Shown: in pieces, positions 46,971-54,765 of the stretch
Numbering within the stretch: the stretch's first letter is position 1
Layout of the letters: each line of letters begins with the position of its first letter
NCBI GenBank assembly: GCA_023245215.1
Contig: JAHFKS010000001.1
Coordinates: 1 to 62,862, forward strand
Direction: 5' to 3'
Length of the DNA stretch: 62,862 bases
DNA from: Candidatus Microgenomates bacterium
GTDB taxonomy: Bacteria; Patescibacteriota; Microgenomatia; UBA1406; GWC2-37-13
Position numbers and translations under genes: made by a program
The notes under the pieces: generated by a model
What the model was told of the DNA's origin: nothing
What the model saw: only the letters and a program-made list of their open reading frames with translations
The model's database searches: none

Positions 46971-48479
46971 ATCTCCGGCTTTTTGACCATAAGGCTTTCC
47001 GAGTAAAGTTTGGTAAAAAGCCATAAAGGCTTCTTTTGGTTTAATATCTGTTTGCTTGATGCTGTTGAAAACTGTCTGTTGCAATTCGTCCTTATTCTCT
47101 GTTTTAAGTTTGTCTAAATTATCGGATAGAATTTTCAGAAATTCTTTTTGTTTTTTACTGATTATAAACTTTTGACTTTCTTGTGCGTATTTTTCCAAAT
47201 AAATTTTGGCAAAAGTGGTTCTTTTTTCAAGAACGCTTTTTTCCTCCGGCGTCAGTTTTTCTCCTTTTTGTTTTTCAAAAAGAGAGAGGATACTATTGTT
47301 ATTGGATTTTAGCAAATTGGCGACTGTTCGGAAGCGGGCTAAAAACAGTCTTTTTTTTGGCAGGGGTTTGACTGCAGAGAGTTCTATTATCCGGGCAAAG
47401 TCAGCCGCCACTTCTCCGGCTTTTTCTTTCGGCAGTTTATTCTCCATTTTCAAAAAATGGGATTCGAGGCAGCGGTCATAGTCGTCGAATAGATTCGGGA
47501 TGGTGTCGCCGTATGGGTTGAAATCGAGGTGGGTCGAAATCGGCGTGCGCACCTGCATAAAACGGAAGACTTCCGGTGGAAGGATGTCAGAGACTTCTTT
47601 GGCAGTCGAACCGATTCCCTTTGAAGAGGACATTTTTTTGCCGCCTATCGTAAACCATTCGTAGCCGCCCATGGCGTCCGGCGGCTCAGTGCCGAGAATT
47701 TCTTTGCAGAAATGGACAGCCATGTCATAAGAACCACCCTTAGACATATGGTCTTTTCCGGAAGATTCGATGGTGACGCCGATGACTTTCCAGTGGGCGG
47801 GCCAGTCGAGCTTCCAGGGCAGTTTTCCGTTTTCCCCTTTTGGTTCAGCTTTTCCTTCGAACCCACAGCCATCAGCCCAGTCGACCATGTGGTATTCACA
47901 GCGGTAGTAGACAAACTCGCCGTCCCATTTATAGACATTGGTCGTGCCGACTTTTCCGCATTTTCCGCAGACTGGGTTGTAAGGGAACCAGTTGGGCGAC
48001 CGCTCGGCTTTGGCAATATTTTTGTAGATTTCCCTAACTTTTTCCGCTTTGTCTAAAAATAATTTAATTATGCCGTCCATTTTTCCGGATTTATAAAGTT
48101 CTGATGACCAGATTATTTGGGGGCGGCAGTTTAAAGAATTAAAAACGCCGATGAACTCTTTAGCATAGTATTCGGCAAATGATTTATATCCTTTTTCAGG
48201 AGAGGGGATTTTATAAAGAGGGAATCCCATATATTTCCCCCACTTGTTTTTGTCCAAGTAAGCAGGCATGCCGTCCATCGGGTCCATGTCATTGAAAACA
48301 TACGAGAATTTTGCATTGACGCCGAGCTCTTTTAAAGCTTTATAAACTAGGTCGTGGACGATGACTCCCCGCAAAGACCCGACGTGGATCCGGCCCGAAG
48401 GCGTCTTCATATCGTCGGCCCATTCGAGGGGCAGGCTTCTTTCCTTGAATTTTTTTGCCTGACGGTCTACCCAGATCAT
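46920..48479 (-). CDS. lysS: Lysine--tRNA ligase, class I
   Basis: TPSGRIHVGSLR, GKLPWKLDWPAHW, GKDH, KMSSSKG. Confidence 0.95.
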   Translation of the reverse strand: MIWVDRQAKKFKERSLPLEWADDMKTPSGRIHVGSLRGVIVHDLVYKALKELGVNAKFSYVFNDMDPMDGMPAYLDKNKWGKYMGFPLYKIPSPEKGYKSFAEYYAKEFIGVFNSLNCRPQIIWSSELYKSGKMDGIIKLFLDKAEKVREIYKNIAKAERSPNWFPYNPVCGKCGKVGTTNVYKWDGEFVYYRCEYHMVDWADGCGFEGKAEPKGENGKLPWKLDWPAHWKVIGVTIESSGKDHMSKGGSYDMAVHFCKEILGTEPPDAMGGYEWFTIGGKKMSSSKGIGSTAKEVSDILPPEVFRFMQVRTPISTHLDFNPYGDTIPNLFDDYDRCLESHFLKMENKLPKEKAGEVAADFARIIELSAVKPLPKKRLFLARFRTVANLLKSNNNSILSLFEKQKGEKLTPEEKSVLEKRTTFAKIYLEKYAQESQKFIISKKQKEFLKILSDNLDKLKTENKDELQQTVFNSIKQTDIKPKEAFMAFYQTLLGKPYGQKAGDLIASLGVKAVIGKLGE

Positions 48480-48529
48480 ATTTCTATATTCTACAGGAAT
48501 TTTGCCCTTTCTTTGTAAAAAGAAGCGAG

Positions 48530-48988
48530 TTACTTGATTTCAATGATTTTGTATTTTGTTTTTCCGGCAGGGACAATCACTTCTACGGTGTCGCCGACTT
48601 TTTTGCCTAACAAAGCCTGGCCTATGGGCGACGTGTGGGACAGTTTTTTATTCATCGGATCGGCTTCAAACTCTCCGACAATCTGGAAGAGCTCCTGGCT
48701 GCCGCCGGTTTCGACGACAACCGATGTTCCTACTTCAACGGAATGGGAGCCGTTATGGTTTTCAACGACCTGGACGGTTTTCAAAATCTCTTCAATTTCC
48801 AAAATTCTGCCTTCGACAAAAGCAAGCTCTTCTTTGGCAGCGGTATATTCGCTGTTTTCCGAAAGGTCTCCCATCGAGCGGGCTTTGTGCAGTCTTTCCA
48901 CGGCATAAGGTCTCTTGGTTTTTACCAATTCGTCGAGTTCTTTTTTCAGGTTTTCAAAACCTTCTTTGGTCAGTTGGTTGGTTTGCAT
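48530..48988 (-). CDS. greA: Transcription elongation factor GreA
   Basis: LTKEG, GDLSENSEY.AAKEE, SPIGQALLG. Confidence 0.97.
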   Translation of the reverse strand: MQTNQLTKEGFENLKKELDELVKTKRPYAVERLHKARSMGDLSENSEYTAAKEELAFVEGRILEIEEILKTVQVVENHNGSHSVEVGTSVVVETGGSQELFQIVGEFEADPMNKKLSHTSPIGQALLGKKVGDTVEVIVPAGKTKYKIIEIK

Positions 48989-48992
48989 GTTT

Positions 48993-49024
48993 AAAAAAAT
49001 AAACCCCGCATAACTTGGGGATTT
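48993..49024 (-). terminator. Terminator-like hairpin in the greA leader
   Basis: Minus strand AAATCCCCAAGTTATGCGGGGTTTATTTTTTT ends 4 nt before the greA ATG. Confidence 0.5.
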
Positions 49025-49033
49025 GATGTTAAA

Positions 49034-49062
49034 ATATTACTATAAATCGGGTGTAAAGTCAA
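49034..49062 (-). promoter_or_regulatory. greA sigma70-type promoter
   Basis: TTGACT-17 nt-TAATAT on the minus strand. Confidence 0.6.
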
Positions 49063-49066
49063 ATTA

Positions 49067-49140
49067 GACGCGTTCGTCTAGCGGCCCAGGACGGCAGGTT
49101 CTCATCCTGCAAATCGCGGGTTCAAATCCCGCACGCGTCA
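49067..49140 (+). tRNA. tRNA-Glu(CTC)
   Basis: Acceptor GACGCGT/ACGCGTC, anticodon arm GCAGG-TTCTCAT-CCTGC, T-arm GCGGG-TTCAAAT-CCCGC; CCA not encoded. Confidence 0.95.
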
Positions 49141-49146
49141 CTCTTC

Positions 49147-49956
49147 TTATTGAGTCTGTTCGAGGCTGAAAAGTTTGTCGTGATATTGCCAGAATTTTCC
49201 CTGGTCAGCTGCGCAAAGCGAAGCTTCTGCTGCCTTTTCTGCATGAGGATGCAGTTGATTTAATGGGAACTGTTTGTAATACAGTCTTACCTGCCCGCTA
49301 TAATCTTTCAGAATCTGTTTGACAGTCGGGAAAGCCCTGATGCAGAAAGGACATTCAAAGTCAGAGAATTCGACGATTTGGACTTTGGCATCTTTAGGTC
49401 CGGTAGCCTGGGCGTCTGTAACATCGAGTTGTTTTGGCGCCGGCTCAAAAGCCTTGTTCTGCGGGTCTTTGCAGTATTGCTGCAGTTGATCAGAATAGTC
49501 AGTACAGTTTACCGACCCGGTTCCGCCTAATTCTTTATCGATAATTTCTTTAAAAAAAGCATAGGGAAATGCGCCGGCGAGGAATTTGCCATTGACAAAA
49601 AATCCTGGTGTTCCCTGGACGCCGATAGAAGCGCCATAAGCTTCCTGGGCGGCGACGGGTTTTTGTTTCTCACCCGAATCAAGGCATTTATTGAATTTTC
49701 CGCTGTCGACTCCCAAGTCTTTAGCGTATTTTTTTAACTTATCAGTAGTCAGAGGTGAATCCTGCTGCGCTGGGGCGGCTCCAGCTGTTCCTGAAGCAAG
49801 TTGTTTTTCCAAACTCAAAACTTTAATCGTCAAAAAAACTAGAAAAAGGGTGATAATTCCCATCATGAAATAGAGTATTTTATTGCTACCGGGCTGGGAA
49901 TAATAAACTGGAGACTCTGAAACAGGAGCTTTGGGTGATCTTTTTGCGCGTGGCAT
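49147..49956 (-). CDS. DsbA/BdbD-like thiol-disulfide oxidoreductase, circularly permuted
   Basis: N-terminal TM; GVQGTPGFFVNG comes before EFSDFECPFC. Confidence 0.85.
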   Translation of the reverse strand: MPRAKRSPKAPVSESPVYYSQPGSNKILYFMMGIITLFLVFLTIKVLSLEKQLASGTAGAAPAQQDSPLTTDKLKKYAKDLGVDSGKFNKCLDSGEKQKPVAAQEAYGASIGVQGTPGFFVNGKFLAGAFPYAFFKEIIDKELGGTGSVNCTDYSDQLQQYCKDPQNKAFEPAPKQLDVTDAQATGPKDAKVQIVEFSDFECPFCIRAFPTVKQILKDYSGQVRLYYKQFPLNQLHPHAEKAAEASLCAADQGKFWQYHDKLFSLEQTQ

Positions 49957-49982
49957 ATTTATTTGTTTTAAGTTTTAATAAT

Positions 49983-50327
49983 TTACCTAATAACTGTACC
50001 GTTTTTTAAATTTTTGTCAAGGGGTAGAAGATGGAATTTTTCCGGGTCGTCGGCGACAAGAATCATTCCGTTGGAATCTTTGCCCATAATTTTTTTCGGT
50101 TCGAGGTTGGCGAGAAAAATATATTTGTTGCCCGTCAAATCTTCCGGCGTATAATATTTTGCCAGCCCGGAAAGTATTTCCACTGTTCCGTAGTCTTCTC
50201 CGAGGTCGACTTTCATCAGGATGATGTTTTTTGAACCTTCAACCATCGATGCTTCTTTTACTTCACCAACCCGGAAATCAAGTTTGTCAAAATCGGAAAA
50301 TGATGCTATTAATTTTTTCATAAACAA
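49983..50327 (-). CDS. Stand-alone tRNA-binding OB-fold protein (Trbp111/MetRS C-terminal-like)
   Basis: DFDKLDFRVG, VDLG, ANLEPKKIMG.DSNGMIL. Confidence 0.9.
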   Translation of the reverse strand: MFMKKLIASFSDFDKLDFRVGEVKEASMVEGSKNIILMKVDLGEDYGTVEILSGLAKYYTPEDLTGNKYIFLANLEPKKIMGKDSNGMILVADDPEKFHLLPLDKNLKNGTVIR

Positions 50328-50331
50328 TTTA

Positions 50332-50988
50332 TTATAACCTTTTTATTCCGCTAACTAGTAGAAAATTGCAGGAGAAATAATATTTTTTAGAACCGATAGT
50401 AGTTAATTCTTGTGGAACTTCAGATTTTATTATTTTGAACTCATAATCAGACATCAGTTTATTTATTAATTTTTCCGCCTGTCTGTTATTGTATCTGACT
50501 TGGTTATTTTTAATAGTCCTTCCTTCAATGGTGGTTTTTTTCCTGTCAGTGGCAAAGTCAAAAACCAAAGCGCCGCCTTTTTTTAAAACGCGAAATATTT
50601 CTTTAAAAATTCTGCTGAGTATTGCTTCCGGAAATAAATAGAGTATTCCAGTGGCCAGAATTCCGTCGAATGATGAATCTTTGAAAGGAAACTTTTTAAT
50701 AATGTTAAGAGTTTTTAAGTCTAACTTTTTTTGCTGGTTTTTTGGAGTTAAAAAAAATAGTTTATTTAAAGCGCCTTCGTCAATATCGGCCGCGGTAACT
50801 TTAGCAGCTTTGTTTATAAAAAGATTATTATATCTCCCGTCGCCGGCCGCCAGGTTAAGCCAATGTCCATTTATATTTGTTTTTTTTAAAAGCTTGATTG
50901 TTTCGCTGTCTCCAGCACCCCAAATAGATTGGTTTCCTTCCTTAAAATAATCTATTCCCTCGTTGAAGATGAATTTATTTTTTTTCAT
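50332..50988 (-). CDS. Class I SAM-dependent methyltransferase
   Basis: LNLAAGDGR, AADID, FPFKDSSFD, RVLKKGG. Confidence 0.85.
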   Translation of the reverse strand: MKKNKFIFNEGIDYFKEGNQSIWGAGDSETIKLLKKTNINGHWLNLAAGDGRYNNLFINKAAKVTAADIDEGALNKLFFLTPKNQQKKLDLKTLNIIKKFPFKDSSFDGILATGILYLFPEAILSRIFKEIFRVLKKGGALVFDFATDRKKTTIEGRTIKNNQVRYNNRQAEKLINKLMSDYEFKIIKSEVPQELTTIGSKKYYFSCNFLLVSGIKRL

Positions 50989-50997
50989 AAACCAATT

Positions 50998-52766
50998 TTA
51001 CTTGGCGTAAATCCGGTAGAGGTTACTTCCGGTTTTTTCGAATTTGAAAATTTTTATCTGGCCGATTTCCGAAGTATTCTTGACGTGAGGGCCGCCGCAG
51101 AATTCTTTTGAATAATCTCCAACGAAATAAACTTTGACCATGTCCGGATATTTTTCCCGGAAAAAAGATCTCGCCCCCAATTTATACGCTTCTTCCCTGG
51201 GGATTATTTTAAAAGAGACGGGGAGCGCTTCTTTAATTTTTTTGTCAATTATCAGTTCGGCTTTTTTAATCTGCTCATAGGTTGGTTTAATTGGAGAATA
51301 AAAATCAAAACGGAGACGTTCTCCGGTAATGTGTGAACCTTCCTGGCGGATTGAATCGCCAAGGATGTCAAAAAGCGCCTGGTGGAGAAGGTGGGTGGCG
51401 GTGTGGTATTTTATAGTTTGTTCCGAATGGTCTGCTAATCCCCCTTTGAACATTCCGGCAGAAGAGGTTCTCGACAGATTTTTGTGCTTTTCAAATTCTT
51501 CGTCGAATTGCTTTTTGTCGAAACTGAGTCCTTTTTCTTTCAATAGTTCTTCCGTGAGTTCTTTAGGAAAACCATAGCTTTGGTATAAATCAAAAACCTG
51601 TTTGCCCGTTGGTTTTTCAATTTTTTCCAAGATTTTCAGTCCGTTATTGAGAGTTTTATTAAAGCGGTTGATTTCTTCCTCGATAATCGGCTGGATTTTT
51701 CCGGCATCGTCGGCTTCAAGATAAACACCTTTATATATATCAATTATGGCTGCCAGGGCTGGATTCAAATCTGAGGCATTGACGGTCGAGCCTTTGAGTT
51801 TTAACATTTTAACAGAAATTCTCCTTAAGAGTCTGCGTAAAAAGTAGCCTCTTTCTTTGTTCGCTGGGAAAACCCCGGCCTTTATAAGGAGGACGGCCGC
51901 TTTCAAATGGTCGGCAATAACCCTCATCTTTTCTTTGTCGGTTTCTTCCTGATATTGTTTCTGGGAAACTTTTTCCGCGGCTATTATTATCGGCGTATAA
52001 ATATCCGTCTTAAATACATCCGGGTCGTTGTTCAGGGCGGCCAGTATCCTTTCCAGTCCGCCTCCGAAGTCGACATTTTTTTTAGGAAGTTCTTCAAATC
52101 CCTTTTCTGTTTTTTTGTACTGCATGAAAACCGAGTTGCCGATTTCCATAAAGCGCCCGCAGTCGCAGTTCGGATGGCAGGTTTTGCCGAATTTCTGGTT
52201 ATGTTCGACCTGTACGAATTCATAAAAGACTTCGCTGTCTGGTCCGCCCGGTTCACCTTTCGGCATGTTGTCCGGGACTCCCGCCCGTGACCACCAGTTT
52301 TTCTCCGGGCCGTATTTGAAGATTTTGTTTTCCGGGAGGCCGAGTTTTTGCCAAACTTCAATTGATTCTTCGTCGGCTGGAAGATTGTTTTTTTTGTCGC
52401 CGGCAAAAACCGTTACATAAAGAGAGTCTTTTGGAAGACCCAATTCTTTGGTCAAAAAATCCCAAAACCATCCGAGCTGGTCTTTTTTAAAATAGTCGCC
52501 CAAAGACCAGTTGCCCATCATTTCAAAAAAAGTCGTATGGCGGTTGTCTCCAACTTCCTCGATGTCCTGAGACCGAAAGCACGGCTTTTGCCTAAAGGAT
52601 GCGCTTCGCCGAGGAGGTAAGGGACGAGCTGCTGCATGCCCGACCCGGTAAATAACGTCGTTGGGTCGTTTTGGGGAACCAAAGGGATGGGCGGGACTTC
52701 CTTGTGGTTTTGTTTCTCCCAAAAATCGGCAAATTTTTTTCTGAGTTGGACATGCGTCAACGACAT
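50998..52766 (-). pseudogene. alaS: Alanine--tRNA ligase (short form, no C-Ala domain) split by a frameshift near 52585; disrupted as assembled
   Basis: MSLTH..DPTTLFTGSGMQQL..HPLGK is in one frame; PCFRSQDIEEVGD, HTTFFEMMGNWS, HTATHLL, EFCGGPHV are in another. Confidence 0.8.
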
Positions 52767-52786
52767 ATTGTAAAATTATAGCACTT

Positions 52787-53623
52787 ATGGTTATAAAAAC
52801 GTCTGACATTAAGGCAGTAAAAACTTTATTTAATAAGTTTAATCTTCCAAGATCTGACAGCCACAAGGGCCAAAACGGAAAAGTCCTTATCATCGGTGGT
52901 TCGTCTCTTTTCCACGCCGCATCCCTTTGGGCGGCAGAAGTGGCGTCGCATTTTTCCGACATGGTCCACTATTCCTCAACAGTCGAGAACGAAAAAGTCT
53001 TCCACGACTTAAAGAAAATTTTCCGCAACGGGATTATTGTCCCCCAAAACCAGCTGGATCATTATGTGATGGAAGACGACGTTATTTTAGTCGGGCCGGG
53101 AATGATGCGCGACGGATTAGAGGGAAAATACACCTATGAACTAACAAAAAAATTGATTGAGAAATTCCCCGGAAAAAGATTCGTTTTTGACGCGGGCGCT
53201 TTGCAGATGATGGATAAAAGGTGGTTAAAAAATTTAAAAACGAAAGCGATTATTACTCCTCACCGTAAAGAATTTGAAAGTCTTTTTGGGCTTCCTGCAG
53301 AAAAAAATAATGTAGAAGAAATGGCTAAACAATTCAAGACGGTCATTGTTTTAAAGACAATAGTAGATATTATTTCCGACGGGGAGAATACTTATACTGT
53401 TGAGGGCGGCAATGCCGGTCTGACTAAAGGTGGAACAGGCGACGTCCTAGGTGGTTTGGCAGCCTCTTTTTATGCAAAAAACAGCCCTCTGAATTCGGCA
53501 GTTCTTGCCTCGGTACTCTTAAAAACTACTGCTGACAGCCTTTTCGAAGATAAAGGTTACTGGTATAATATTAGTGATATAATCAATAGGTTGCCTGAGA
53601 TTTTGAAGAAAGTAGTTTTATGA
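52787..53623 (+). CDS. nnrD: ADP/ATP-dependent NAD(P)H-hydrate dehydratase
   Basis: SHKGQNGKVLIIGGS, VGPGM, DAGAL, ITPH..EF, GNAGLTKGGTGDVLGG. Confidence 0.9.
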   Translation: MVIKTSDIKAVKTLFNKFNLPRSDSHKGQNGKVLIIGGSSLFHAASLWAAEVASHFSDMVHYSSTVENEKVFHDLKKIFRNGIIVPQNQLDHYVMEDDVILVGPGMMRDGLEGKYTYELTKKLIEKFPGKRFVFDAGALQMMDKRWLKNLKTKAIITPHRKEFESLFGLPAEKNNVEEMAKQFKTVIVLKTIVDIISDGENTYTVEGGNAGLTKGGTGDVLGGLAASFYAKNSPLNSAVLASVLLKTTADSLFEDKGYWYNISDIINRLPEILKKVVL

Positions 53624-54054
53624 AAAAAGAAACGATATTTGCAGTATTTTTGGGGATTGTTTTCGGGGGATTGCTGGGGTTGTTTTTGATTACCAAAAAC
53701 AAGGAAATCCAGCTCAATAAAAATAAAGTCATTGCTCCTAAAGACATAAATGACCGGTCAGCTGCTCAGACCAACCTTAATTTCCAGCCCCTTGAGATAA
53801 GCGAACCAAAAGACGGAGAAATTGTCGATAACGCATCTATAACTATTAAGGGAAAAGCGACAAAAAACTCCCTGGTTGTCATCCAGTCTCCTGTCAAGGA
53901 TTTGGTTTTCACAAATGACAAGGAAGATTTCAAAGTTGATTTCCCATTGGCTTTGGGCGAAAACATAATCAGGGCAGTTATCTATCCTAAAGACAAGCTG
54001 CTTAGCATCCAGGAAAAAAGTTTACGAGTTTATTACCTCCAGGAATCACTATGA
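53620..54054 (+). CDS. Membrane-anchored Ig-like hypothetical protein
   Basis: N-terminal TM; LEISEP.DG..ITIKGKA..LALGENII. Confidence 0.7.
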   Translation: MKKETIFAVFLGIVFGGLLGLFLITKNKEIQLNKNKVIAPKDINDRSAAQTNLNFQPLEISEPKDGEIVDNASITIKGKATKNSLVVIQSPVKDLVFTNDKEDFKVDFPLALGENIIRAVIYPKDKLLSIQEKSLRVYYLQESL

Positions 54055-54758
54055 GAAAAAAACTATTTAATTATTTAACTATTTCTTTACTTGTTTTTAT
54101 TTTAGCAAGAAGTGTTATAGGACAAACGGCAACTTCATCCCCGACTGTCAAGCCGACGGCAACGGCGACTGATGAAAGCGCCATCCAGGGATTAAAAAAT
54201 AAAATCGCCGACAAAGTAGCGGAAATAAGAAAAAATAATAATAGGGCGGTCGCCGGCCGGGTTCTCAGCACTTCAGCTACCTCAATAAAAATTAAAACCG
54301 AAGACCAGGGTGATTTTGAAATCAAACCCGACGAAACCTTGACGAAGTATTATCAGATTACCGGCGCCCAGCAAAAAGAAATAAAAAACGAAGACATACA
54401 GAAAGACGATTACATTATTGTTACAGGTGTCATAAGCGAAAAAACCATCACGGCCAATTCGATATTTGTTGACCAGCAGTATTTGGTCGCCAGCGGCAAG
54501 ATCACCGAAGTCGACAAAGACAATTATATTGTCAAAGTTCTCACTCCTGACAAGACAGTCTATAACTTGAGCATTGAAACTTTTACGAAACAGCAGATAG
54601 TCAATATAAAAACATTAGAGGCTGAAAGCATTGGATTTTCCAAAATAATTGCCGGCGACAGCATCCATTTTACCGTAAAAATTAAAGGCGGCGAAAAAAA
54701 TAACGAATACTCGGCAGAGAAAATTTTGATCGTCCCCCAGGAATACTTTATCAAGTAA
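54051..54758 (+). CDS. Secreted hypothetical protein with two internal beta-rich repeats
   Basis: Signal peptide; repeated G.V/I...I..GD.I.V..A..I pattern. Confidence 0.7.
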   Translation: MRKKLFNYLTISLLVFILARSVIGQTATSSPTVKPTATATDESAIQGLKNKIADKVAEIRKNNNRAVAGRVLSTSATSIKIKTEDQGDFEIKPDETLTKYYQITGAQQKEIKNEDIQKDDYIIVTGVISEKTITANSIFVDQQYLVASGKITEVDKDNYIVKVLTPDKTVYNLSIETFTKQQIVNIKTLEAESIGFSKIIAGDSIHFTVKIKGGEKNNEYSAEKILIVPQEYFIK

Positions 54759-54765
54759 ACTCACT

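Noticed and set aside
46920-48479. Class I LysRS as a novelty
   Set aside because: Already known from several bacterial lineages; kept as a feature only
49067-49140. tRNA-Glu as an island integration site
   Set aside because: No duplicated tRNA 3' end or integrase was noticed; the flanks are housekeeping genes
52767-52962. N-terminal extension of the 654-aa alaS ORF in the track
   Set aside because: It is antisense to nnrD and not AlaRS-like; the true N-terminus is the ORF starting at 52766
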